64,000 bases of DNA from an uncultured virus (IMG/VR IMGVR_UViG_3300005470_000001) (lineage: Duplodnaviria > Heunggongvirae > Uroviricota > Caudoviricetes). The position numbers were made by a program, and so were the translations under genes. Location: IMG/VR virus record IMGVR_UViG_3300005470_000001; one strand, written 5' to 3'. The notes below the pieces were generated by a model, which saw nothing but the letters and a program-made list of their open reading frames with translations, made no database searches and was not told the DNA's origin. Shown piece after piece: positions 24,901 through 31,752 of this stretch; the stretch's first letter is position 1, and each line of letters begins with the position of its first letter.

Positions 24901-27900
24901 AGAAAAAAACATTAAATATTCTGTCAATTGATGATGCTAAATATCAAGCTAATATATTTGATAGTGTTATAAGCAAAACTAGTAATGAAACTTTAAGTTT
25001 TATATCTGATGAATATCAGAAACAAACAATGATATCTGGTGCTAGTGGTAAAGCAGGTATAGGTGTTTATAGTTCATTAGCTACATTTAATGCTTTAATA
25101 GAACAGATAGCTATAAACAATAGTGTTAATCAATTATCTTTAAGGAAAAGAGTAAGTCCTATTGGTGAAAAAGCAATATATGAACCTCTTGAAATCATTA
25201 TTGATGGTATAACATTTGATAACAAACTTGGTAAATCAATTCTTAATGAAGAATCTAGACCAATAGCAGTTGTAATTGGAGAAAGACAGAATATTTCTGT
25301 TGATAATGCTACTGCTGGTGTACTTGGTAAAATCAATTTAAATGATTATACATTTGGTGCCGACACAACAATGTGTTTATTAGGACTTGATAAAGGTAAA
25401 GGAGCTGAATTAGGTGGTCAAAGAATAGATAGTATTTCTTTCTTAATACTTAATCAACCTATTATCAGAGATTATGTTATTGAGATGGCAAAAATATTAT
25501 CTAATACTGCTTTTTTTATTGAAGATAAAGACAAACATATTAAAGATATTTTATTAAAAAAATATAAAATAAAAGAAGAAGATTCTAACGTAGTAAAAAC
25601 TAAATATAAGTTTACTAGTGAACAACTAGCTTTTGCTATTGAAAATCATTCAAAAGAAGGAACAACAGATTCTTTCTTACAAAAAGAAGTTTTAGATTTA
25701 TTTTTGGATCTTAAAAAATTCAATGAAGCAATTAGAACAGTACAATCTACTACTAGTCTTGATAGTAAAGGTGTAGGAAAAAGTTTATTTGACAGTATTG
25801 ATTTACAAGAAAAAATTGATAAAATAAATGGTACTAATAAAGGTATATATATTGTAAAAAATAGAACATATGTTTTAGTAAACAATACTTTACCATCAAT
25901 TTATAATACATATGGTTTACAAACAAGTCTTAGATTGTGGGGAGATTATTTTCCTTATGATACCGATTTAATAAAACACAGAATGAATGAAACTATTTTT
26001 CTTTCAAGAAGTGGTAGAAATTTAACTGTTGAACAAAAACAAAAAGTATTTGCTAATATCAAAAGATTCTTTTATGCTAATAAATATTCTGGTATATATA
26101 ATAAAAATGAAACTTTGCAAACACAAAGAAAAGAATTGTTTATAGATAGCGATGAAAATCAATCATTAGCATCTTATTTGAAAGATCTTTGGTCTACTAC
26201 AGAACTTGATATTATCAAAAAAAATCCTTTGTTTGCTAATATAACTTTTGATATTAAGAATAACGGTGAACCTTCTATTATTAAATATAATAATTCACAA
26301 CATGATTCTCTTGATGAACAAGTATTACATATGGCTTTTACTAATTTGTTAGGTGTTAAAACTATAACAGATGAAAATGGTATTCAAAGTAGTGTTGTTA
26401 ATCCTGTTAAATTACCTTCTTATAATGGTAAAGAATATGATACTCATAAATTATTAAATGACTTGATAAGATATGCTTATTTAGAAGGTGGTATACAAGA
26501 AGCAAATCAATTTGTTAAATATATACCTTTTGTATTATTAGAAGAAACATCTTTTGCTAGTACAATGAGAGCAATACATACTGCGTTATTAGACAACAAT
26601 GAAAAAATTTTTGCTATTAATGATAAAATAAATCTGAGTAATTTTGCTATTCAACAAGCACAACATAATCCTCAAGATTTAAAACAAGTTAGTATTTCTG
26701 ATTTAGTCAAAGATGATAATAAAATAATTGTTATAGAAGATCTTTTGTCTATAAAAGTAAATAAAGAATGGTTAGTAAAAAACACAGAAGATGATATGAT
26801 TCCTGAAATGATTAGTATGAATAAAAATAATTCATATTATGTTTTTATTAAAAATCCTATAAAAGAAAATGAGTATTTTAGAATACCTACACTTGGTCAT
26901 TCAAATATGACTGAATATGATATGACTGTAAAAGGTATAGTTAGATCTATTGTTAATATTCATACTAATAAAGTGGATCCTTTTGTAGAAACACTTTTTG
27001 GTGAACAACCTGTAAAAAGATCTTCTGAAGAACCTACTATTCAAGAAAAACAAAAAGAAGGTGCAATAAAGAATGAACCTCTTGCATTTAGTACCAAAGA
27101 TCATCATAGTATTTTAACTAGTATAATAGATCATCCTGATATAAGTCCTACTATAAAAACTATAGCTGAAGTCATTCGAACTATTTCTGTTTCTGATAAA
27201 AATAAATTAAATAGTATTATATTAGATATAGCTGATAATGTTACAGTAAATGGAGAAATAGTAGAAGGAAAATATTTTGCTTTAAATAACACTATTGTCT
27301 TAAATAATCAGTATATTAATATAAATGGCATTGATGGTGCCAGAATATATTTGCATGAAATGATGCATGCCTTTCTTTCTAGAGAATTAGAGAATTATAC
27401 TAATCTTGAAATAACTGAAGATACACCTCTTCATATTAGAGAATTAATTAATATATACAAAGTAGCTAAAAAGAATTTAAAAGTTAAAAAAGAATCTAGA
27501 TCTGAAAATGTATTCAAAGATATTCATGAATTTTATTCAGAATTAATGAGTGATTTTGATTTACAAAATCAACTTCGTAAAATACCGTATACTAGTCAAC
27601 TTTCACTTTGGGAAAAATTTATAAAAGCAATTAAAAATTTCTTTAAAGACGATCCTAATTATGTTGGCGATAATATTACTGATGAATCTATCAATGTTGT
27701 ATTGTCAATGATTAAATTTGAAAAAGAATTAGTTACTATTGAACCTGTAAAAGAAGTAAAGGAAGATAGTTCGTCTGCTACAACTAAAAAGGAAATTAAA
27801 AATAAAGTTATTTCTGCTAAAGGTAAAATGACTTTTTCTTATGGTAATAATAAAAGAAATGATATAATTTCTACTACTACTTTTGAAGCGATTAAAAATG

Positions 27901-30900
27901 GTGAGAGAACCGCTACAACAAGATATGAATCAGATAATCATATAGATTATTGGAAGAAATTAAAAGAAGGAGATATTATAGAATGGGAAAGTGCTACTGG
28001 AGAAAAAATATTAGTCGAAGTTACTAAACCTTTGCATAAATTAGTAGGTAGTGGAAAAAATGTTGAACAATGGAGCAAATTAGAAGGTTGGTCTACTGAA
28101 TATTTTAATTCTAAAGTTAGACCTAAATTAAATGAAGCTTGGCAAATAGAATATAAACTATTGCAAAATAATAAACCTAAATCAGGTTTTCAAGGTTATA
28201 AAGGAGGATTTGAAAACAAGGGTAAAGGTACTCCACAAGGTGATAGTAAAGATAAAGCAATGAGAGCTGTTGCTGATGCGTTTATTGGTGAATCTATTAC
28301 ACCAATATCATTAAATATAAATTCTTCTTTACATAATTTTATTCCTAAAAGTTCTACTGATACTTCTTTTAAAGAAATAGGTATTAAACATGGTTCTCCT
28401 ACAGAGTATGGAGCTATAGAAGCATATAGAACATCAGGCAATGAAGACGCTAAGATAGTAATGTTAGCTAGAAATTCTGAATTAAGAGGCAAACCATTAA
28501 GTGAAAATACAAAAACAGATATTTATCATAATAACATAAATGGGGCTGAATTTATAGTAGGTGATATGCCAAATGTAGATTCTCAATTTATAGATTATTT
28601 ACAAGAAATAGGAGCTAAATTTACTATTTATCATACAGGAGATAAACCTAGAATTAAAGTTGAAGAATCTAATTTAGAAACTAATAGTGCTAATATACCT
28701 ATTACTCCAATATCAGAGTATAAAAAAACTATTGAAAAAATAGATGATTTTCTTGGTCAAGCTCCTGTTGTCAATGAATATGAAATTACTCCTAAAGAAA
28801 AAATAGATGATTTTCTTGGTCAAGCTCCTGTTGTCAATGAATATGAAATTACTCCTAAAGGAACAATTAATGTTTATTGGGATAAAGCTGAATCATCTAC
28901 TTCTACAAGAATATTATCTAACTTAGCTCCAAGAAAATTTACTTGGGAAGGTAGAGAATACGGAAGTGTAGAACACGCATATCAATCTAATAAATCAGGT
29001 ACTTTTGATAAAGCTACTTATGATGCTTATAATAAAACACCACAAGTATCAGCAAATATTCCTCAAAATAAAGTATCTGGAACAGAATCCTATGGCTTTT
29101 TAGTAGAAGCTAATGATGAGGTTAAAAAACTTCTTGGAAATAATCCACATTCTATTGATATGATAGAAGCAGGATTAAGAACGAGAACTACAAGAAGTAA
29201 ATCTGAAATGGACAAATATGCTATTAAAGTAGGAGATACTATTAAACATTTCGGTAAATCTGCTGATGGGACTATTAAGACTGTATATGCGGTAGTAACA
29301 GCTATACATCCAAAAAATAGCAAAGGTTGGAAAGATACTTGGGAAAAAGAAGGATGGGGGAAAGAATATAGCAATATAATTGATAAATTTAAAGATGGTG
29401 CAGCAGCTATTGAGTTTGAGATTGTAGACAATTTTGCTTATGGTAAAAAAATAAGAGGTAAAGGAACTGTTGCGGAAATGAAAGCTGCTGATAGTTTAGG
29501 ATTAATGAAAAAACTTGTAGTAGAAAGTTTTAGACAAAATCCTAATTCAGAAGCAGCTACTAAACTTTTACAATATGAAAACTTTACTCATAATACTAAT
29601 GAACTAATAGATAAAGCATTTTTAGAAGGGTTACAACTTGCACAAAAAGAATTAAATACTATAGGTGCTACTTTGGAAAGTAAATTAAAAACTTTTTTTA
29701 ATAATTTTGGATTTAAGTTTGAAGAAGGAGATTCATCAACTGACTTACTTCATAAAATAATTTATACAAGCAGGGAAGATTCTTCTGTATTTATAAATAA
29801 TTCAACTAAAGCAATATCTCAATTATTATTAGCTAATACTAATATAGACTTTCGTAAATTAGAAAGTTTAATAGAAGACACTTCTGAATTTAAAAAATTA
29901 CTTAGTAATTCTTCTGATTATTTAAAAACTACACACAAGTTTTTAAAAGACGGTAATAGAATACCTATGGAAGAATGGGTATCTTATATAAAAGACTATA
30001 ATAAAATTAAAAACGAAGTTCTTGAAAAATACATTAAAGAGTCATTATTAGATAATAATAATTCTACTAAATTACATAAAGTAATTAATGATTTTTTAAA
30101 ATGGTTTAAAGATTTATTCACTAATGCTAAAAATTTAAAAGAAGTTACTGACTCTTTAATACAACAAGTATTAATGAATCAAAAAGAGGTTATTATTAAT
30201 TCTAAAGATTTACAAAATAAAGAAAGAGTAACTTTAGCTAAAGCATTAGAAGAAACAACTCATGGTAAAGATATTATTAAGACTTTTGGGGATTTTGGAT
30301 TAATACTTACAGGTAGTATTAGTGCTGCTGAACAAGGTTCTGTATTTAGAAAAACAGGAAAACTTTTACATGATATAGACTGGGTTGTGCCAAAAGGGTT
30401 TAGAAAAGATTTTAATAAAAAATTAAAAGATACTTTTCCAGGAGCAACATTAGTTAGACAATTTGATTCTCCAAGTTATTATACTCAAACTTATATAGTA
30501 CCACCTAAAGGATATACAATTTCTAATCTTACATTTTTTAAACCAGAAATTTATGGAGAAAGAAAATATATAGCTTCTTATGATGTATTAGATAAAAATG
30601 GAAATATTATATCTAATTACAGAAGATATTATGATGTAAAAGAATCTGGTAAAGTAGTAGAAAATAGAGAAGTTTACAACGAGGGCCTTAAAAATGTTGA
30701 TAAAAATTTAGAAGCGGTATCTGTAGATTTTTTTCAAAATAAAGAAAATTTAAAATATGAACCTTATAATATAAGTGTAGGAGAAGTAAATGTATTATTA
30801 TCTAATTGGTTATCTTCTTTTACTGAAAAATTAAAATACGGTAGAGCAAAAGACTTATTAGATTATGCGAACTTTATTCCTAACAATGTAATATCTTCAA

Positions 30901-31397
30901 CATTTCAAATAACTCCACAACAAAGTATTGCAGAAATAAAAACTGAAGATCAAGTTATAACATATACTCCAACAGGTAAAACTACACAAACTTATACTAT
31001 TAAAGGTAACCAAATTTTCAATAAAAGTGGTAAAGAAGTATTTACCAAAGATAGCAAAGATAGAAATAAAATATTTGCTAACTTAGCTGTTCAAGAAGGT
31101 AGAGCTGTTGTTGTGAGTTTAAAAGGTGATAATTATGTAGTAAATAATAAAAATCAAATAATGTCTGTTAAAACAGGCAATATTATGAAATGGGAAGAAA
31201 ATAATGGAGTTAGACAAGAAATATTAACATTAGCTGCTGAAAAATTTGCATCTAAAAATAATTTTGCATCACCTATTACAAGTAAACTTTGGGAAACAAA
31301 TAAAGAAAAATTACAAGAAGCATATCCTACTTTAACCAAAGAAGAATTTAGTAGAGAAAGCGAATCTGTACAACAAAAAATAATTAATTGTATATAA
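15912..31397 (+). CDS. Giant virion-packaged DNA-dependent RNA polymerase with accessory domains
   Basis: Catalytic GLDFDVDK at about 24669-24692, FRIPTS, ETDAQ and FRIQQDVP; zincin HEMMH at 27354; ASCH-, NADAR- and nucleotidyltransferase-like motifs in the C-terminal part. Confidence 0.9.
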   Translation: MSEFEYKAPVANPLSFNNSSLMISDDGLTIDTSKGPGAPASVSFDTTHTIPGYTETSGRLSELDRSIYDPLQYNKAVSTIPWTEHISKGLNNFLVTTVGTGAQHISTLSADIIGAAKGDTDTWATMLDTFGGLGTWGKEYMESNIQTDLERDPGSFNPSDPAWWSNVASSGVGSALGIAIPSVVEGVATSLAVGAVTKGVGGLAVGTAKAANMVNTIHKALKVIASTKNAKLAFTGAYAHGRGREALMNGAEIYNTTYNSLKERGISDEEANKLASEAATYVFRRDFITGTALGVLEASMLTYSPLKGKLITDVNRNPIEKIFDKIPNKFVRGGVQSLTGSLIEGEEEGRQAVYGYEAQHNAEIAAGLKTDNNFFTDRLPDYLQRSDVWNQVAGGVMGGAFLPAFGSVAKLGLNKYTGKDKWIKMHSNLMKEVNQGIELEYVKKISEALNDGNTALANNYIAQLSEHKSLNGLLVDRISDADDSLYEAHLNFLEKTLAEATDDTEDHALIRQTYPLLIQNAKKTAEIFEEEVTNETPYHVLIPLVQARLQLDGVNDSIVSNQVFIDNNNKLLNNNKITELGKTIFEIKTSLDSISLVINNLQESLKNVKTNNRNTIRKNILNQIKFLKNKEKKLKDLLSVTETEYNGETITKEQREEDNRILGIIGSQNKVRQIELQNLSLEARAKTLENTIIEYRDPENQKKLNQKAAENAVETTKTTDDVDTVIETAKEDPEINIESVEKEAEKQKARITEEDVKTEDPDTDKSVIEKETSVESEEDVDSINDKLSEAAISENENQELLDVLGNIKNLVNDNIVTPETSKKTSEEISKEISEDEYLSMFEKASPVILTPSTEERSTLASLLIQDFIEGMDVENPTFKELIQKAIEISNDKGANIERMYNLFVEGWEKYIFDTTGKKADVNYNTVYNELFKMQVALDKFQRLYEENISEEEKIELQNENLKELNDKKYIETSSGLIPETGNTIESGNVTLAISTGSILEEIVNPITGEIEKRWVEGRTVDPLAVKFSDPDRLNVGTKMIAEVHPEYLSMEIKYSPWKISGHIPTYQEVLDGVMISTIDEEGNILEPSFYQLKEGSDEYWDVVPIVVYEKGKRLEDGSALLHDLNWYNETNVEDDIKRKEGKRNTHALRQLVKKNKSISLEIKEKNTRVLEPSKLDTAITLKEANSFVIGLKIKDELSIYNLETGKRENLEGTTTNVDNFVGDNIIDIRRIGTNEDKTNDYAIGFVFDSKENPSQEVVTSIIKALRLYGSSKNDPTAVKLIKEFEKHSGIDIGSKEGIYQYLKKFIYSPFIKMNGNEIIISAGAKNFKIHQNTFKSYKYNKLAFIIFDSELKPVTNIINNATKNVGILSLQNEDIKQPIFLLDDNFHTIESTEFSSYYDYIINTLKTNLKNYNVGTKENPVWTPSIQPLITVGLPEAQARKEVVTEEEIKPEVEKSLDVKPNIPTVNKQDIVDVEKLTPDEEIITKAYNAINGLYSLDERIGKSLNELLRKEQASPVLGIESIERIKSVLKSIEGITPYELSEITSSFASIYSDIIKNSDVSLDNIKDNIENMILDHIDKIIKPLEENLNELETLNKKGIYSNLNLLLSDYYTFFNKIKQIQDNTNLIADKIIDELVENKVINAIKIKEDDIESEEIDIESEEIDENVTYDKNSEEKDFHEKAGTLVRNLLFNQPDIDTNGNQKTGFLGLPKFVSKDFAFDNTIAVLANMGSNLETMIAELKANASVHPWMWLEDKDVYDEEYVKKQANTLVGRLLADNKDLSKPNNLQSNFSVVMNNHKFLAKFVYLVKNHTYDDHNRIIGTNVSLNVYDSNSSSVAASHMSDWRDNIRKNLTLSNGNDSIFDRKKAQDLLDRFNDFAREKFVSNTDVNSYLEKIGITEHLDDGQEFQINDKILNKLFAETNILFYSKNRNTDKYILEKTKTGYKFKVYTKYDVENKEKYIAWLNDIGIKISSKLLDQFINNTYRVNGKKIPFEDMFYVKENNKGIFGYLAARLKIIANSDTPIKLETSGTFGFADNIIFNIARAEARYTQARMVVSFRDNGKTFYGFVTGSLIYDRINGLKTKAIQDNLSKDVFSRDSDIITLLKESDEFRDRYNLFTIGNNSFKIKGKKVPLKNSMTDLSDADHETTKVGFFQNTSNGILADHPVKITVGDKEYSFQRRIAHMLGLTSSDKTSVKGFITAILNFTNKDFNIENGVVTMNEGIREYLYKQIVNPELQRIINFHQHGKYNIKYNGGIFYQIPQLNDIELDIKGNKIKLIHYLAQKNVDISKIENQIKEKANIVLDNFVKNLVNEKLESWKNNNIIGLFDTKYLSKWSATETKEELYSLIAHDQVINYLIHYSDMLKLYAMDPAFYYKQSNINRKLKITDNTYDLNADIKATYENITKRLARLIAPGQQIANSTDDSYIQLFLDDNEPQASSYQMLLKALGEEGAKNYVKVNETDAQEYTTWQEHIEILYRLGKTPDSAVDFTIQDLEDARKLFSYYKSIDLLTEKERVLVKKVLQPIKPVYSGDKFDEVNGIMRPVYIKSSSFPLIPQLTASLEIDKLRLLMENIQAKKNKNVRASFQSANKVGSARNALNMFSKDGSGKFVYVNDNSNRELTDENLLDTIISEHTLELNRENFRIQQDVPYKSGYHSEDVISNGTQMNKLILANGVLLLDNFEYNDKTIDGKELYTTFNNTFRELLEHRREILLSKFNSIEKLQETINSEAKKNGIQDIAALTLNENGEFANPIWASPNAYRYEALLQSIINKHIIKFKMPGYSYVAGSSAGFHTTSNIHDINQSRIVWIDEPIKKLGHNDILIPSKFRDNKGNLIDLVSDTNKDGTKKYVKLVKNSDGAEYYQLDKDKIDERLLKIISFRIPTSNHSSMSLDNIKGFLPTEVGDLMLVSASKTMQKGLDFDVDKENTYHLWTVKNKEGKLVPLEDVVKIEDINKQLKTAIDKDKIDELNILKEKLINNKMINLYQSILSHEEVQKKTLNILSIDDAKYQANIFDSVISKTSNETLSFISDEYQKQTMISGASGKAGIGVYSSLATFNALIEQIAINNSVNQLSLRKRVSPIGEKAIYEPLEIIIDGITFDNKLGKSILNEESRPIAVVIGERQNISVDNATAGVLGKINLNDYTFGADTTMCLLGLDKGKGAELGGQRIDSISFLILNQPIIRDYVIEMAKILSNTAFFIEDKDKHIKDILLKKYKIKEEDSNVVKTKYKFTSEQLAFAIENHSKEGTTDSFLQKEVLDLFLDLKKFNEAIRTVQSTTSLDSKGVGKSLFDSIDLQEKIDKINGTNKGIYIVKNRTYVLVNNTLPSIYNTYGLQTSLRLWGDYFPYDTDLIKHRMNETIFLSRSGRNLTVEQKQKVFANIKRFFYANKYSGIYNKNETLQTQRKELFIDSDENQSLASYLKDLWSTTELDIIKKNPLFANITFDIKNNGEPSIIKYNNSQHDSLDEQVLHMAFTNLLGVKTITDENGIQSSVVNPVKLPSYNGKEYDTHKLLNDLIRYAYLEGGIQEANQFVKYIPFVLLEETSFASTMRAIHTALLDNNEKIFAINDKINLSNFAIQQAQHNPQDLKQVSISDLVKDDNKIIVIEDLLSIKVNKEWLVKNTEDDMIPEMISMNKNNSYYVFIKNPIKENEYFRIPTLGHSNMTEYDMTVKGIVRSIVNIHTNKVDPFVETLFGEQPVKRSSEEPTIQEKQKEGAIKNEPLAFSTKDHHSILTSIIDHPDISPTIKTIAEVIRTISVSDKNKLNSIILDIADNVTVNGEIVEGKYFALNNTIVLNNQYININGIDGARIYLHEMMHAFLSRELENYTNLEITEDTPLHIRELINIYKVAKKNLKVKKESRSENVFKDIHEFYSELMSDFDLQNQLRKIPYTSQLSLWEKFIKAIKNFFKDDPNYVGDNITDESINVVLSMIKFEKELVTIEPVKEVKEDSSSATTKKEIKNKVISAKGKMTFSYGNNKRNDIISTTTFEAIKNGERTATTRYESDNHIDYWKKLKEGDIIEWESATGEKILVEVTKPLHKLVGSGKNVEQWSKLEGWSTEYFNSKVRPKLNEAWQIEYKLLQNNKPKSGFQGYKGGFENKGKGTPQGDSKDKAMRAVADAFIGESITPISLNINSSLHNFIPKSSTDTSFKEIGIKHGSPTEYGAIEAYRTSGNEDAKIVMLARNSELRGKPLSENTKTDIYHNNINGAEFIVGDMPNVDSQFIDYLQEIGAKFTIYHTGDKPRIKVEESNLETNSANIPITPISEYKKTIEKIDDFLGQAPVVNEYEITPKEKIDDFLGQAPVVNEYEITPKGTINVYWDKAESSTSTRILSNLAPRKFTWEGREYGSVEHAYQSNKSGTFDKATYDAYNKTPQVSANIPQNKVSGTESYGFLVEANDEVKKLLGNNPHSIDMIEAGLRTRTTRSKSEMDKYAIKVGDTIKHFGKSADGTIKTVYAVVTAIHPKNSKGWKDTWEKEGWGKEYSNIIDKFKDGAAAIEFEIVDNFAYGKKIRGKGTVAEMKAADSLGLMKKLVVESFRQNPNSEAATKLLQYENFTHNTNELIDKAFLEGLQLAQKELNTIGATLESKLKTFFNNFGFKFEEGDSSTDLLHKIIYTSREDSSVFINNSTKAISQLLLANTNIDFRKLESLIEDTSEFKKLLSNSSDYLKTTHKFLKDGNRIPMEEWVSYIKDYNKIKNEVLEKYIKESLLDNNNSTKLHKVINDFLKWFKDLFTNAKNLKEVTDSLIQQVLMNQKEVIINSKDLQNKERVTLAKALEETTHGKDIIKTFGDFGLILTGSISAAEQGSVFRKTGKLLHDIDWVVPKGFRKDFNKKLKDTFPGATLVRQFDSPSYYTQTYIVPPKGYTISNLTFFKPEIYGERKYIASYDVLDKNGNIISNYRRYYDVKESGKVVENREVYNEGLKNVDKNLEAVSVDFFQNKENLKYEPYNISVGEVNVLLSNWLSSFTEKLKYGRAKDLLDYANFIPNNVISSTFQITPQQSIAEIKTEDQVITYTPTGKTTQTYTIKGNQIFNKSGKEVFTKDSKDRNKIFANLAVQEGRAVVVSLKGDNYVVNNKNQIMSVKTGNIMKWEENNGVRQEILTLAAEKFASKNNFASPITSKLWETNKEKLQEAYPTLTKEEFSRESESVQQKIINCI
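28734..28859 (+). repeat. Perfect 63-bp tandem duplication (EKIDDFLGQAPVVNEYEITPK x2)
   Basis: 28734-28796 is identical to 28797-28859. Confidence 0.95.
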
Positions 31398-31398
31398 C

Positions 31399-31752
31399 AT
31401 GAAAACAATAGAATTTGTATCATCTTTATTAACAGCAAGAACTGATATGCATGTAGCACATTTACAAACATCAAAACATTCTATTCATATAATTTTACAA
31501 GAATTTTATGAAGGTGTAGAAGATCTAGCTGATAGATTTATTGAATCATATCAAGGTAAATATGGTTTATTAAAAGGATATAGTATATCTTTTAGTGAAG
31601 GTTTAGATCCACTCAAATATCTTCAAAATTTATCTGAAGAATATACTGAACATAGACTCACATATAAAGATGGATATTTACAAGCAATTGTAGATGATGT
31701 ACTTGAATTAATAAATACTACTTGTTATAAACTCAAATTCTTAAGTCATTAA
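31399..31752 (+). CDS. Ferritin/Dps-like four-helix protein
   Basis: HVAHLQT..H..L.EFYE..DLADRFIE.YQG and YKLKFL motifs. Confidence 0.7.
   Translation: MKTIEFVSSLLTARTDMHVAHLQTSKHSIHIILQEFYEGVEDLADRFIESYQGKYGLLKGYSISFSEGLDPLKYLQNLSEEYTEHRLTYKDGYLQAIVDDVLELINTTCYKLKFLSH

Noticed and set aside
1347..31474. Short antisense or alternate-frame ORFs within the structural genes (e.g. 6408-6635, 16067-16333, 18088-18315, 19232-19627, 29090-29431)
   Set aside because: Fully overlap well-supported long genes and have no recognisable motifs; shadow ORFs
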